A program made the translations under genes and the position numbers. Under the pieces are notes generated by a model, which worked only from the letters and a program-made list of their open reading frames with translations, searched no databases and was not told where the DNA came from. From the sequence record PZ583739.1: a stretch of 64,000 bases of DNA; one strand, given 5' to 3'. This stretch comes from a phage. Positions 1 to 10,201 of this stretch are shown piece by piece (the stretch's first letter is position 1; every line of letters starts with the position of its first letter).

Positions 1-384
1 ACTTCGTGACTTAACACCATCTAATGCAGCGCTACAGAAGTCCTGGAGCAGTGTCCAATACTGAATTGACGTATCAATCTTCAGTACGCTTGAATCTGCG
101 GCCATGACTGTTTTCAATTCTGACTTCTCGTACACATCCATGCATACTTCTTCCCCTGGGTCACCCCTTCCTGTATAATGGTCTAGTCGTTTTTTCAGTG
201 CAGTTTTCTTCTGAATCTCAAGACGCATTATTTCTTTCTTGCAGTTGGTATACAATCTCAACCATTTGCTATGCAACAAAACGTTGTTTTGTGTTTCATA
301 TTGAAGTTGTGTACCATCAATTTTTAAATCTGCATCTAACTCATCCTGAAAGACTTCTAACTTATATTCAATCTCTGTTTTCAT
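1..384 (-). CDS. uvsY: UvsY recombination mediator (partial; 3' end beyond window start)
   Basis: Minus-strand frame open from ATG at 382-384 to position 1; translation MKTEIEYKLEVFQDELDADLKIDGTQLQYETQNNVLLHSKWL... resembles T4 UvsY; adjacent to gene 25 as in T4. Confidence 0.8.
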   Translation of the reverse strand, partial: MKTEIEYKLEVFQDELDADLKIDGTQLQYETQNNVLLHSKWLRLYTNCKKEIMRLEIQKKTALKKRLDHYTGRGDPGEEVCMDVYEKSELKTVMAADSSVLKIDTSIQYWTLLQDFCSAALDGVKSRS

Positions 385-412
385 AATGTATCCAATGTAA
401 GGGTCTAGAACC

Positions 413-438
413 ATTATACAGCCATAAAATTAAAGCAT
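413..438 (-). promoter_or_regulatory. MotA-box middle promoter upstream of uvsY
   Basis: Minus strand reads aTGCTTTA, 12 nt spacer, TATAAT, about 30 nt upstream of the uvsY ATG. Confidence 0.5.
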
Positions 439-827
439 TAACCGTTTTGACTTAGCTGAATCCTGATTTGTTCGAGGGTATCAGGGTCATCAACAATGCT
501 GAACTGAACTGTTACGATAATGGAGTTATCATCATACATAGGGACAACTGCCACCTGTAGATTGCTTATCCTTGGTTCGAAGTTCCGCACCGCGGAGACG
601 ATGTTGCGTTTAATGGTATCTGTGATTAATGGAGTGATATTCTCGAAAAGCTGATTACTTATATCACATCCAAATTCAGGCATAAAAGGCCTTGACCCTT
701 TTCTTGTGGTGATTATTCCCAAAAGACTGTTCTTAACAGACCTTGCACCAGTTACTTTAGCAACGTCTTTATCCCAACTTGTAGATAAGTCGGGAGACAC
801 ATCGCTATACATTTTGTTTATATTCAT
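438..827 (-). CDS. 25: baseplate wedge subunit gp25
   Basis: 129 aa; MNINKMYSDV...LLGIITTRKGSRPFMPEFGCD... matches T4 gp25 (lysozyme-like GPW family) in sequence and length. Confidence 0.9.
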   Translation of the reverse strand: MNINKMYSDVSPDLSTSWDKDVAKVTGARSVKNSLLGIITTRKGSRPFMPEFGCDISNQLFENITPLITDTIKRNIVSAVRNFEPRISNLQVAVVPMYDDNSIIVTVQFSIVDDPDTLEQIRIQLSQNG

Positions 828-1451
828 TTACATAAACTTAAAGAATTCTTTAAGCCCCTTAATTACATGGACAGAATGTGCTCCGCACTCGCAAGAGATA
901 GGAATAGCCATTTGGACCTGTGGCTTGAGAAGTTCTTCTGTTAGTGCATTTATATCATCGAGGGTAATTGCATTGTACAGGTCCTCGATTTCAGCTTCAT
1001 TTAAGTCATCAACAACGATGCGCTCACCGCCTTCCGTGATAATATATTCGATACAACAAGCAATCATTTTTCCTTTATCACCATCTTCAAACAGTCCAGG
1101 ATAACGGAATTTAATTTTAAACGCCCCGAAATCACGAATAACTTCAGACTCATCCACGATGCTTGCGCGACTTATAGTCACAGGAATATCTTGTTCCTTT
1201 CCGCACTCACATACCCATGTATGCTCGACGTTAACAGCTCCGAGACTATTTGCCCAGAGATTAATAAGAAGCAGCTCGGCTTCCTGTTTGTTTAACCCTT
1301 TAGCATCAGTGCATTTATTAAGCAGTTCAATTATTGCAGGTTCCATACGCTTTTCTAATTTTGCCTGAAGCAAATCTTTGTATTCGCGCAAGGTAAAAGC
1401 CCTACAATTTATAGTTTTATTTTTAATTTGGACAATAAATTCATAAGTCAT
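828..1451 (-). CDS. 26: baseplate hub subunit gp26
   Basis: Track ORF 828..1484 starts at TTG; first ATG at 1449-1451 has SD AAGGAG and lies downstream of a late promoter; 207 aa fits T4 gp26 size and position. Confidence 0.75.
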   Translation of the reverse strand: MTYEFIVQIKNKTINCRAFTLREYKDLLQAKLEKRMEPAIIELLNKCTDAKGLNKQEAELLLINLWANSLGAVNVEHTWVCECGKEQDIPVTISRASIVDESEVIRDFGAFKIKFRYPGLFEDGDKGKMIACCIEYIITEGGERIVVDDLNEAEIEDLYNAITLDDINALTEELLKPQVQMAIPISCECGAHSVHVIKGLKEFFKFM

Positions 1452-1468
1452 AATTTGCTCCTTTACTG

Positions 1469-1476
1469 TATTTATA
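1469..1476 (-). promoter_or_regulatory. T4-type late promoter (TATAAATA) for gene 26
   Basis: Plus-strand tatttata at 1469-1476 is TATAAATA on the minus strand, just upstream of the gene 26 SD/ATG. Confidence 0.6.
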
Positions 1477-1480
1477 AATA
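1473..1480 (+). promoter_or_regulatory. T4-type late promoter (TATAAATA) for gene 51
   Basis: tataaata at 1473-1480, 25 nt upstream of the gene 51 ATG; overlaps the divergent gene 26 late promoter. Confidence 0.6.
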
Positions 1481-1504
1481 TCAATAAAGATAAAAGGGGA
1501 TTCT

Positions 1505-2257
1505 ATGGCCAATATCGTAAGATGTGAAATGCCAGACGGAGTTCATCGTTTCAAACCGTTTACAGTCGCTGATTACCGTGATTTACTGCTTGTGCGAAAC
1601 GACATGAACAACAAACCCGTCGAAGAACAAAAACAATTATTAGACGAACTGTTGGAAGATTATTTTGGAGAGTATCCAAAAGCATGGAGGCCTTACATAT
1701 TTCTGAAGGTATTCACTTCCTCTATCGGTAAGACAAAAGTCCCGGTAGCGTTTGAATGTCAAAAATGTAAAAAGACAAAGCAGACTTTGTTTAACCTGAA
1801 TCAGGGTCCATTAGTAAATCCAACGATGGAAACCGCCGGGATAAAAATACAATTTAAGTTCCCTGAAGTGGAATATAAAGATAAGTCAGAGCTTGTCTTG
1901 AATACCATCCAGACTGTCGAAGACTCGGAACAAAAATACAATTGGGAAGACCTTCCTGAAGAAACAAAGATGCAGGTTATCGATGCAATTGATATAGAGA
2001 GCCTCGAAGCACTCCTTAAGAAAATGCATTCGGTTTATATTCCATTTACATATGGCTGTTGTGAAAAGCACAAAACCGAATACACTGACCTGCTTGACGT
2101 CTTTAAGCTTATCCTTAACCCGGATGAAGTCTTTGTATTTTATCAAATTAACCACTTGCTGGTAAAGAATCAATATTCGCTGGATAGCATCATGCATATG
2201 ATTCCTATTGAACGAGGTATTGCTTTATCACTAGTTGAGAAGGACTTGAAAAAATGA
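1505..2257 (+). CDS. 51: baseplate hub assembly protein gp51
   Basis: 250 aa; size and position as T4 gp51; Cys-pair motifs; shares conserved blocks with gp26. Confidence 0.75.
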   Translation: MANIVRCEMPDGVHRFKPFTVADYRDLLLVRNDMNNKPVEEQKQLLDELLEDYFGEYPKAWRPYIFLKVFTSSIGKTKVPVAFECQKCKKTKQTLFNLNQGPLVNPTMETAGIKIQFKFPEVEYKDKSELVLNTIQTVEDSEQKYNWEDLPEETKMQVIDAIDIESLEALLKKMHSVYIPFTYGCCEKHKTEYTDLLDVFKLILNPDEVFVFYQINHLLVKNQYSLDSIMHMIPIERGIALSLVEKDLKK

Positions 2258-3423
2258 CAGTTAAATCTATGCAGCGCGAAGGCTTTCCTAATATCAGCAT
2301 CCGCCTTTACGAAGATTATGATGCATGGCTTGAGCACCGTTTTGTGGAACTAGCTGCTACCTTTACAACGTTAACCATGCGCGATTCCCTTTACGGAAGA
2401 AATGAAGGTCTCTTGCAATTCTATGATACGAAAAACCTACATACAAAAATGAATGGTGAACAGGTTATTCAGATTTCCGTTAAGAATGCCAACTCTGACC
2501 GAACCCAATCTAGAATATATGGAAGTAAACACTTTGCCGTTTCCGTGGATTCAAAGGGTGATAACATAATTACAATTCAGTTGGCTCCTATTCACGAAAT
2601 TGAAGACTTGAAATTTAGTCGTATGTTTTACCCGAGCGTACAGGAAACATTAGTCGAAATGGCCGGGGTAATTTATCAAGATAGACCATTACTTTCCCCA
2701 CCAATAAACGGCATAAACGTTTATGCTCCTAACGTTCCATGGTGTGATTCGATGCACCAATATATGGAATTCATAAGGGAAGTTGGCCTGTCGGTAGAAA
2801 CTGATAAATTTGTTTTTGTATGGGAAGATATTGATGGGATAAGTATCCAGGATTATGAATGGTTAACATCACAAGAGCCAATTAATTTTGTGGTGGGGGA
2901 ACCTCGATTGGTTGGGCAATTTGTACAAAACCTGACTACTCCTTTAGCCTTCGATTTTGAATGGTTAACAAAGGCAAACCAACACACAAGAAAACCATAC
3001 GAAAACGCAACTGTGTATGCGCATTCATTCCTTGATAAGAACGCAACCAGAATAACTTTTGGGGAAGGACAAAACAGTATTCTGGTATCTCGTTCCGGTG
3101 GCTATGCAGATTACACATACCGAAATGGTTTCGAGGAAGCACAACGATTGATAACTATGTCACAATACGACGGTTACGCGCATTGCAAAACATACGGGAA
3201 CTTTGAACTGACCCCGGGTGATAAGATAAATTTCTTTGACCCTAAGAACCAATTCAAATATGATTTTTACGTAGACGAAGTTATTCATGAAGTGAGTAAC
3301 AATACATCAATTACAAACCTCTATATGTTTACCAATGGTAAGCCTATCGAAGTTGAAGAACCACCGAAGGTTAAAAATGAACTTAAAACTGATTCTGCCG
3401 ACGAAGAAAATACAGCTGGGTGA
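2254..3423 (+). CDS. 27: baseplate hub subunit gp27
   Basis: 389 aa; length and position match T4 gp27; ATGA overlap with gene 51 stop. Confidence 0.85.
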   Translation: MTVKSMQREGFPNISIRLYEDYDAWLEHRFVELAATFTTLTMRDSLYGRNEGLLQFYDTKNLHTKMNGEQVIQISVKNANSDRTQSRIYGSKHFAVSVDSKGDNIITIQLAPIHEIEDLKFSRMFYPSVQETLVEMAGVIYQDRPLLSPPINGINVYAPNVPWCDSMHQYMEFIREVGLSVETDKFVFVWEDIDGISIQDYEWLTSQEPINFVVGEPRLVGQFVQNLTTPLAFDFEWLTKANQHTRKPYENATVYAHSFLDKNATRITFGEGQNSILVSRSGGYADYTYRNGFEEAQRLITMSQYDGYAHCKTYGNFELTPGDKINFFDPKNQFKYDFYVDEVIHEVSNNTSITNLYMFTNGKPIEVEEPPKVKNELKTDSADEENTAG

Positions 3424-3895
3424 TAAAGAGATTCATGTTCCTAAGCTTGGTCTCAAGCATCACAATCTGATTAAAAACGAACCTAACCCATACGCTGCAT
3501 TAAGAAAGATTATGCAATCGATATTCCCTAATCTTACAGCAGCCGAATCCGACTTTGTATCTTTACATCTCCTGGAATTCAATGGTAAGCTAAAAGACAA
3601 ACGCGAGATTAATGGATTTACATATAAGCTGGATGATGTTTATATCTGTCAGCGCCTTGAATTTTCTTATCAAGGGAAGACATTTAAATTCCGCTCCAAT
3701 AAACCGTATGAAGAATTCGGACCAGTTGACAATCTCCTGGAGACCCTTTATCTCGGGGAAGATGTTCCAGACTTTCTGGATATGCCTGCTTTTGTTGCTA
3801 AGTGGGCAGACGATATCACAAGCACATTAGCAATCCCGGGCCCGAATGGTCCTGTTAAGGGGTTACTGAAAATAATGGAACTCCTAAATGAATAA
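3377..3895 (+). CDS. 28: baseplate hub distal subunit gp28
   Basis: Track ORF starts at ATG 3335 with no SD; ATG at 3377 has SD GAAGG and gives 172 aa, close to T4 gp28 (177 aa); start uncertain. Confidence 0.7.
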   Translation: MNLKLILPTKKIQLGDKEIHVPKLGLKHHNLIKNEPNPYAALRKIMQSIFPNLTAAESDFVSLHLLEFNGKLKDKREINGFTYKLDDVYICQRLEFSYQGKTFKFRSNKPYEEFGPVDNLLETLYLGEDVPDFLDMPAFVAKWADDITSTLAIPGPNGPVKGLLKIMELLNE

Positions 3896-5633
3896 GAACT
3901 CCGAACAAACAAGCTTCAGACGCGGTGGACCTAATAAAAAGCTTATCGAAGAATTAGCACCACAAAGGAGGGCGGAAGCCCTCTCTGCTGAACAGAATGA
4001 TGAATTATCGAATCTGAATACAACCCTTACAAATACTCAGGCTGCAACCGAACTTGTATCGGAAGCTATTGAGGATAAGGGTAATCAGATTATTGAGAAT
4101 ATCCAAACCAATAATGGAGTCCTCCAGGATATCAGTGCTGGGGTCGAACTGACGGCCGAAGCCACCGAGAAGACTCAACAAGGGATTAAAAACCTCACGG
4201 ATATTCTCTCGGATAAGCTCGACAAACTCAGTGCAATGATAAGCGGTAAAATAGGCGTCACGTCTCCTGTGGCTGGTTCTGAAAGCCTTAAACCTGTGGA
4301 AAATGCACTACCAGAGCCTGAAGAGAATAAGCCCACAGCGAGCGTTCCGGCGCTCATACCGCCAGAAGAACAAAAGCCCGACGCTGACTTCATTCCGGAA
4401 CCAGAACAGCCAAAAACCGATGCAGAAGGTAAAGAGACTAATACCTGGTCACTTGGTGATAAGCTTGATACCCTTTCGAAGATAACCGAAAAAGGATTTA
4501 AGGCATCGGTTTCTGTTGCTGACCGAATCTCCGGGATGCTGTTCAAATATACAATTACGGCAGCAGCCGAAGCAGCCAAGCTTATTGGTGGATTATTGTT
4601 GTTGGTATTCGGTATCGATGCGATACGAGTTTACTTCCAATATTTCATGAAGCAATTCGAAAAAGGATGGGCCGAATTTAATGATAAGTTCAAAGAATGG
4701 GGTCCGTTGCTCGAAGGGTTAATGACCTGGGCTAAGAACGCTGAAGCTATGTTCAGTGAAAGAAATTGGCTTGGACTGGCAGAAGCTATTATCCGTGGAA
4801 TGGTCAACTTAACGAAGAATATGGCTCAACTTCTTATGCTTGGTATTTCAAAATTAATCTCGGCTATTTTAAGTAAAATCCCTGGGATGGGTGATTTAGC
4901 AGATAATGTGGAAGCCTCAGCTTTGATGTCTTATCAGCAAAATACAGGGGCAACTCTGGATGATGAAGACCAAACCAAGATAGCAAAATATCATGACAAA
5001 CGTTCGGCCGAAGCAATGGAAGCTGCAGAGAAGATGAATAAGAAGTATAAGGATAAACCTGAACTAATTAATCAAGCCGAAAAATATGGTAACCTTACCA
5101 AGGAACAAGCTGACCAGCTTCGCGCGGGTGGGATTGACACAAGCTTCAGAGACCTTCCGGAAGAAGAACGTCTGGACTATTTCAAGAAGCGTGACAAAGC
5201 ACAGGCTGATATTATTCGTTTGACCCAAACTGCTGACAACCTAATGAAGCCAGACGCAACCGATAAAAAGAATGCGATGGAAATGAGAGCTAACATTGAA
5301 AAACAATTAGCTGACCCAGCTATGGCAAAAGGTGGAGCTCCGAAAGACCTGAATATGCGCACCCTGTTGGAAAAACTTGATAAGTCTCTCGAGAAGTTCA
5401 AAGACGAACCGAAAGTTAAACCGCCGGATGTTAAGACTTCTCCGGATGCACAACAAGCTGCGAAGGTTGACGAAGGTATGAAGGCCAAAGAAAATAAATA
5501 CAAGGATGCACCAGCTCAGGCACAAATTAACACGGTCAATAATATTCAGAAGACTTCCAGGACGCAATACAATATGCCTCCTCAAAGTTCAACCCCTGCC
5601 CCTGGCATGAGACAGGCCACGAGAATTAACTAA
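3888..5633 (+). CDS. 29: baseplate hub subunit / tail length determinant gp29
   Basis: 581 aa; coiled-coil and hydrophobic central segment; length and position match T4 gp29. Confidence 0.8.
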   Translation: MNKNSEQTSFRRGGPNKKLIEELAPQRRAEALSAEQNDELSNLNTTLTNTQAATELVSEAIEDKGNQIIENIQTNNGVLQDISAGVELTAEATEKTQQGIKNLTDILSDKLDKLSAMISGKIGVTSPVAGSESLKPVENALPEPEENKPTASVPALIPPEEQKPDADFIPEPEQPKTDAEGKETNTWSLGDKLDTLSKITEKGFKASVSVADRISGMLFKYTITAAAEAAKLIGGLLLLVFGIDAIRVYFQYFMKQFEKGWAEFNDKFKEWGPLLEGLMTWAKNAEAMFSERNWLGLAEAIIRGMVNLTKNMAQLLMLGISKLISAILSKIPGMGDLADNVEASALMSYQQNTGATLDDEDQTKIAKYHDKRSAEAMEAAEKMNKKYKDKPELINQAEKYGNLTKEQADQLRAGGIDTSFRDLPEEERLDYFKKRDKAQADIIRLTQTADNLMKPDATDKKNAMEMRANIEKQLADPAMAKGGAPKDLNMRTLLEKLDKSLEKFKDEPKVKPPDVKTSPDAQQAAKVDEGMKAKENKYKDAPAQAQINTVNNIQKTSRTQYNMPPQSSTPAPGMRQATRIN

Positions 5634-5641
5634 GGAATAAC

Positions 5642-6736
5642 ATGAAAGTAAAAGAACTCGATATTGATATTGCGGGTTTATTTAACGGAGGTTCTAAGAC
5701 CTCCGCTGGGCAGTCAAAAGCTGCCCAGACTCAAGCTACTATTGTGGCGCAATATCCAGCAGAACGAGCTTCCGGTAATGATTCTTCAGATGATATGCGA
5801 GTTAATGACCTTTATAAAAATGGTCTGTTATTCACGGCATACAATTTCAGTTCAAGAACATCTCCGGAATTACGCTCAGACAGGTCAAGCCAATTGACTT
5901 CATTAAAGAAAGTTTCCAATGGTGCTTCATTTAACCCGGTTAAAAGTTTAACATCTTTTGCTAAATCGAAATTAACCGGCGCTGGCTCAACCGGTAAAAG
6001 TTTTGATTCAAACGCTGTTGCAAATATCCTGTTGCCTCGTTCGAAGTCCGATGTAGAATCCGTATCGCATCGATTCAACGATGTTGGTGAGTCTCTTATT
6101 ACGAAAGGTGGTGGCTCAGCTACAGGTATTCTTAGTAACATCGCATCGACTGCAGTTTTCGGCGCACTCGAATCAGTTACAAACGGTGTAATGGCCGACC
6201 ATGGCGAACAGATTTACACAACCGCGCGAAGCATGTATGCTGGTCCCGATAACAGGACAAAAGTTTATACCTGGGAAATGACTCCACGTTCGGCCCAGGA
6301 CTTAATCCAGATAGTGAAGATATACGAGATTTTTAACTATTACTCCTATGGGGAAACCGGTAAAAGTTCGTTTGCTTCCGAGCTGAAAGATAAAATCGAT
6401 ACATGGTATAAATCCACCTTCAAAAAGGAAGCAATCGATAACTTTGACGGCAAGTTGCTCGGTGAAGAGATAACAAGCTTCCTAACGAACGTTCTGGTGG
6501 TCTCTAACCCTACTATCTGGTATATCCGCAACTTCGGTGATACAAGCTCGTACGATGGCCGTGGGGAGCTATTTGGGCCGTGCCAGATTCAGAGCATAAG
6601 ATTCGATAAATCCCCGGATGGTCATTTCGGTGGATTAGCTATTGCTCCTAACCTGCCATCGACTTTTGTACTTGAAATCACTTTCCGTGAAATCATTACG
6701 CTTAACCGTGGCTCATTATATGCGGAAGGTTTCTAA
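5642..6736 (+). CDS. 48: baseplate tail tube cap gp48
   Basis: 364 aa, same length as T4 gp48; syntenic. Confidence 0.8.
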   Translation: MKVKELDIDIAGLFNGGSKTSAGQSKAAQTQATIVAQYPAERASGNDSSDDMRVNDLYKNGLLFTAYNFSSRTSPELRSDRSSQLTSLKKVSNGASFNPVKSLTSFAKSKLTGAGSTGKSFDSNAVANILLPRSKSDVESVSHRFNDVGESLITKGGGSATGILSNIASTAVFGALESVTNGVMADHGEQIYTTARSMYAGPDNRTKVYTWEMTPRSAQDLIQIVKIYEIFNYYSYGETGKSSFASELKDKIDTWYKSTFKKEAIDNFDGKLLGEEITSFLTNVLVVSNPTIWYIRNFGDTSSYDGRGELFGPCQIQSIRFDKSPDGHFGGLAIAPNLPSTFVLEITFREIITLNRGSLYAEGF

Positions 6737-7695
6737 TGTTTACTTTACAAGAATTTCAAACACAAGCGATTAATATCGACTTACAAAGGAATAACCTTTT
6801 TAGTGTGGTCTTCGCGACCACACCTTCCTCCAAATCTCAGAATCTTCTGGACCAGTTTGGTGGCGCATTATTCAGCAACCTTCCTGTTAACTCAGATTGG
6901 TTCGGATTAACACAAGGTGACTTAACTCAAGGGATAACAACTCTTGTTACTGCCGGGACACAAAAGCTTATTCGCAAATCAGGGATAAGCAAATATCTTA
7001 TCGGGGCAATGAGTAACCGTGTTGTGCAATCATTATTGGGGGAATTTGAGGTTGGTACTTACCTGCTTGATTTCTTTAATATGGCATATCCAACGGCTGG
7101 TCTATTAGTTCACTCTGTTAAGCTTCCGGATAACACATTGAACTACGAAATGGACCTTAACCATAATGCACCAAATATCAAGATAACAGGGAGAGAATAT
7201 TCTCCATTGGTATTGAGCTTCAGAATGGATTCAGAGGCAGGGAACTTTAGAGCATTTAACGATTGGGTCAACTCTGTACAGGACCCAGTTACCCAGCTAA
7301 GGGCCTTGCCTGAAGACGTTGAAGCTGATATTCAGGTTAACCTTCATTCGCGTAACGGATTGCCGCATACGGTTGTTATGTTAACTGGTTGTGTTCCTGT
7401 AAGTGTATCAGCGCCTGAATTGAGTTATGAAGGGGATAATCAGATAGCTACATTTGATGTAACTTTTGCTTATCGCGTTATGTCAACTGGTGCGGTGGGA
7501 AGAGCTGCGGCATTGGAATGGTTGGAAGATAAGGTTATTAAGGGTGTATCTGGTATTAGTTCAGATAACAACTTGAACTCAGAAGTTGCCAAATTGAGCC
7601 GCTTGTCTGGTGCTCAATCTGGATTAACAAGTCTATACAATACGTTTACTGGTTCTGGGAGAACAGTCTCTGGTGGAAGTCAACGTATATTATAA
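6736..7695 (+). CDS. 54: baseplate tail tube initiator gp54
   Basis: 319 aa; T4 gp54 is about 320 aa; syntenic; followed by terminator. Confidence 0.8.
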   Translation: MFTLQEFQTQAINIDLQRNNLFSVVFATTPSSKSQNLLDQFGGALFSNLPVNSDWFGLTQGDLTQGITTLVTAGTQKLIRKSGISKYLIGAMSNRVVQSLLGEFEVGTYLLDFFNMAYPTAGLLVHSVKLPDNTLNYEMDLNHNAPNIKITGREYSPLVLSFRMDSEAGNFRAFNDWVNSVQDPVTQLRALPEDVEADIQVNLHSRNGLPHTVVMLTGCVPVSVSAPELSYEGDNQIATFDVTFAYRVMSTGAVGRAAALEWLEDKVIKGVSGISSDNNLNSEVAKLSRLSGAQSGLTSLYNTFTGSGRTVSGGSQRIL

Positions 7696-7702
7696 AAAGA
7701 AA

Positions 7703-7724
7703 GGGACCCGAAGGTCCCTTTTTT
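7703..7724. terminator. bidirectional rho-independent terminator
   Basis: gggacc-cgaa-ggtccc hairpin flanked by an A-run and a T-run, between convergent gene 54 (+) and the 7723..8013 ORF (-). Confidence 0.7.
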
Positions 7725-8013
7725 ATTTGCGGAATGAAATGAAACCTGCTGCAGTCATTACAACTTCTTTCTTAGCAAAGACTGTAATTGCAATTGGTGC
7801 TTCAGATTCAAGTTGCCCAGTTACTACACCATTAAAAATATTTTCTGTTTGTTCAGAATTTACAAAGTTTTCAACAGGGCGAAGGTCAAACTTCTTATCT
7901 TCGCCAAACACGCGCCGCAGTTCATTACCCACCGCGCTGTCAAACTCTTCTGAAGCCGGGATAACATTCTCAACTACCAGTTCCTGACCATTAAAGCGAA
8001 AAGATGATTTCAT
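7723..8013 (-). CDS. hypothetical protein (alt.-1-like by position)
   Basis: Track ORF start ATG 8044-8046 lies inside the promoter -10 box; ATG at 8011-8013 has leader catgaggaaaacaaaATG; 96 aa. Confidence 0.5.
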   Translation of the reverse strand: MKSSFRFNGQELVVENVIPASEEFDSAVGNELRRVFGEDKKFDLRPVENFVNSEQTENIFNGVVTGQLESEAPIAITVFAKKEVVMTAAGFISFRK

Positions 8014-8044
8014 TTTGTTTTCCTCATGTGCAATTGATATGAAC

Positions 8045-8074
8045 ATTGTATCGCACTTCCTTGTGCCTGTAAAC
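8045..8074 (-). promoter_or_regulatory. early promoter, T4-type -35 GTTTAC / -10 TACAAT
   Basis: Minus strand GTTTAC, 18 nt, TACAAT, immediately after the alt stop codon. Confidence 0.5.
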
Positions 8075-8076
8075 CC

Positions 8077-10143
8077 CTACGAAAGGAATTTAGGAGGAAT
8101 AGCTTCCAAATTAATACAACTAGCAAGAATACCAAGCCCTTGATTGACTTTCTTCGTTACCCCAGAGGATGCAAACGATGCAAAGTCAACAGATTCTACT
8201 GGCTCTTCTGTTTCCTCGCCCTGATAAACGACAAGCTCACCAGTTTCCATCAACACATCACCATCATAGATAACTGCATTTTCAGCCAGCATTTCGGTAG
8301 TCTGGATATCAGCTTCCAACAGTTTGACGTTTGCGTTTCCTTTATACGATGCATCGGTAATCTTGGTAATCTTAACTACAGTCCCACGAGGAAGAATAAC
8401 TTCCTGCTCGGATGTGTTGTTAGATAATTGACCAGGAAGAATGACGTTAATTAAATCAGCTCCAGAGATTTTCCAACCGACATGCATCATTGCATTATCA
8501 GGATTTGCCCCAGGAATATTAGGAAGCACAATTTCCTCGTCACCCTGGAAAGTGGTTCCATCGCGATAATCCTGATGAACTGCAGCCATAGCAACGTTTG
8601 CAACCCAACCGCCAAAGATAATCGGTTTAAGGGATGTTGATACATAGTTACGGAAATAAAATAACTTCGACTGCTTAATTTTATTAAACGTAGGAACGTT
8701 TAGATATTGACCACGCCATAGAGTAATATCTGGAGGTAGTTTTTGACCAACCTCAAATGCCGAGTCCATCACTTTTATTTTATGTGCAACATCTTTAGCG
8801 CTATTAAGGAATTCAGCTTCTTCCTCGTAATAATTACCCATCAAATAATTGTTGATGTCAATATAGTTAACGCCACAATAGCCCATGATTGTTCCTTTTT
8901 GACTTACGGTAAAACGGGCTGCTTCATTGTAGCTACTAACGAAATTCAAGATACTTTCGGTGGAGTCGTCTGCAAAATCATTAACTGCCGCACGAATTCC
9001 CGCAGTATATTCTTTTTCCCAAAGCTCTGCTGCATATTCGGCTGCATTTAGATTTGGTGGAGCAGAAGCCATTTGTTTTTCGATAAATGCGGCTTTACGT
9101 AGATTAAGAACCTCAGCACATGACTCAGCAAAAATCTGCATCTGCTTCATACTGCCAACCGGAGCACGTTTAAGTTCACGGTGCATGCGATTAAAAATAG
9201 GGTCAGTATCTTCAATACGAATTTCTTCTTTCCACACCCCGTTAGAACGCATAGCATAATCTGCTGCTTTCATACGGAACATCGCATTAGCATCCGATGG
9301 TTTAATAATAGTTTGTAATTCTTTATAATTCTTTATTGGTTCAGCAGTTACCGGTTTGCTAAATTTAGCAGCTTCTGCATCAATTTCATCCCAACCTTCG
9401 GGAACTTCATCTCGAGGTGCATACTGGGCCTGTGCGATAGCTCTGCGACTGATTTTTGTTTTCTGTGCAACAGAAGCATCAGTCTTTTTGTTTGCTGCAT
9501 CAATCAGAATCTCGGCCGCGATTTCTTGGTTGGAAACCTGTGTACCTGTATCTTTATCAGTGAATACATCGCCAACTTTAGTTTCGACTTTTTGATATTT
9601 CGCAGGGACTGGTGGCATACCATCAACCGAAAGCAGGTCAACACCTTTTTTGTACATAATTACGTATGCGTTCTTTTTACCAAGGCCAGAAGCATTCGGA
9701 AGAACACGATAACGGCCACCAGTTTTCATCTGAATCAGTCGAGTCATAATACGAATAACAGCTTGCTCTTGTCCTTTCATCTTTTTGGATGGGAAACGGA
9801 ACAATACTACATCTGGTTTGCCTAGTTTAATGCTTTCCCAGACAGTAGTAAAAATCAGGTTAATCGCATCAATAGGTTTTTCACCTAAACCGCCTTTCAG
9901 AGGAACAGCATGACCGTGTGAAGTACCGGAGAGCAGGAATACCTCAGCAATCGCATCGCCACGTTTATATTGTTTAACAGTTTCTTTGCCCGTGAATTGC
10001 ATCAAACGAGCCATAAGAGAATCTGTACCAGGAACAGCGAAGTGCCACACCTGTGGTACTTTATATTTCGGGTTCATATCAATGACAGGGTAGTTCAGAC
10101 CTTCTGTATCGGTGTCAAAGAGTTCATTTAATTGTTCAGACAT
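8077..10143 (-). CDS. alt: Alt ADP-ribosyltransferase (virion-packaged)
   Basis: 688 aa vs T4 Alt 682 aa; position between gene 54 and gene 30 as in T4; preceded by late promoter. Confidence 0.8.
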   Translation of the reverse strand: MSEQLNELFDTDTEGLNYPVIDMNPKYKVPQVWHFAVPGTDSLMARLMQFTGKETVKQYKRGDAIAEVFLLSGTSHGHAVPLKGGLGEKPIDAINLIFTTVWESIKLGKPDVVLFRFPSKKMKGQEQAVIRIMTRLIQMKTGGRYRVLPNASGLGKKNAYVIMYKKGVDLLSVDGMPPVPAKYQKVETKVGDVFTDKDTGTQVSNQEIAAEILIDAANKKTDASVAQKTKISRRAIAQAQYAPRDEVPEGWDEIDAEAAKFSKPVTAEPIKNYKELQTIIKPSDANAMFRMKAADYAMRSNGVWKEEIRIEDTDPIFNRMHRELKRAPVGSMKQMQIFAESCAEVLNLRKAAFIEKQMASAPPNLNAAEYAAELWEKEYTAGIRAAVNDFADDSTESILNFVSSYNEAARFTVSQKGTIMGYCGVNYIDINNYLMGNYYEEEAEFLNSAKDVAHKIKVMDSAFEVGQKLPPDITLWRGQYLNVPTFNKIKQSKLFYFRNYVSTSLKPIIFGGWVANVAMAAVHQDYRDGTTFQGDEEIVLPNIPGANPDNAMMHVGWKISGADLINVILPGQLSNNTSEQEVILPRGTVVKITKITDASYKGNANVKLLEADIQTTEMLAENAVIYDGDVLMETGELVVYQGEETEEPVESVDFASFASSGVTKKVNQGLGILASCINLEAIPPKFLS

Positions 10144-10168
10144 AATAGGTTCCTTATAAAATATGATG

Positions 10169-10176
10169 TATTTATA
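10169..10176 (-). promoter_or_regulatory. T4-type late promoter (TATAAATA) for alt
   Basis: Minus strand TATAAATA about 25 nt upstream of the alt ATG. Confidence 0.6.
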
Positions 10177-10178
10177 CT

Positions 10179-10200
10179 AAAAAAGGGCCGAAGCCCTTTT
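10179..10200 (-). terminator. rho-independent terminator after gene 30
   Basis: gggc-cgaa-gccc hairpin with a flanking T-run on the minus strand, directly after the ligase stop. Confidence 0.6.
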
Positions 10201-10201
10201 G

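Noticed and set aside
198-386. 62-aa plus-strand ORF at the window start
   Set aside because: Antisense to uvsY, which reads cleanly on the minus strand with clear homology.
706-1104. 132-aa plus-strand ORF
   Set aside because: Antisense, spanning the gp25/gp26 coding regions; no independent support.
4175-4579. 134-aa minus-strand ORF inside gene 29
   Set aside because: Antisense to a well-supported structural gene; Ala/Ser/Gly-rich shadow frame.
8140-9825. Several plus-strand ORFs of 79-102 aa (8140..8427, 8743..9051, 8960..9259, 9356..9595, 9526..9825)
   Set aside because: All lie antisense within the alt gene; no promoters or SD sequences.
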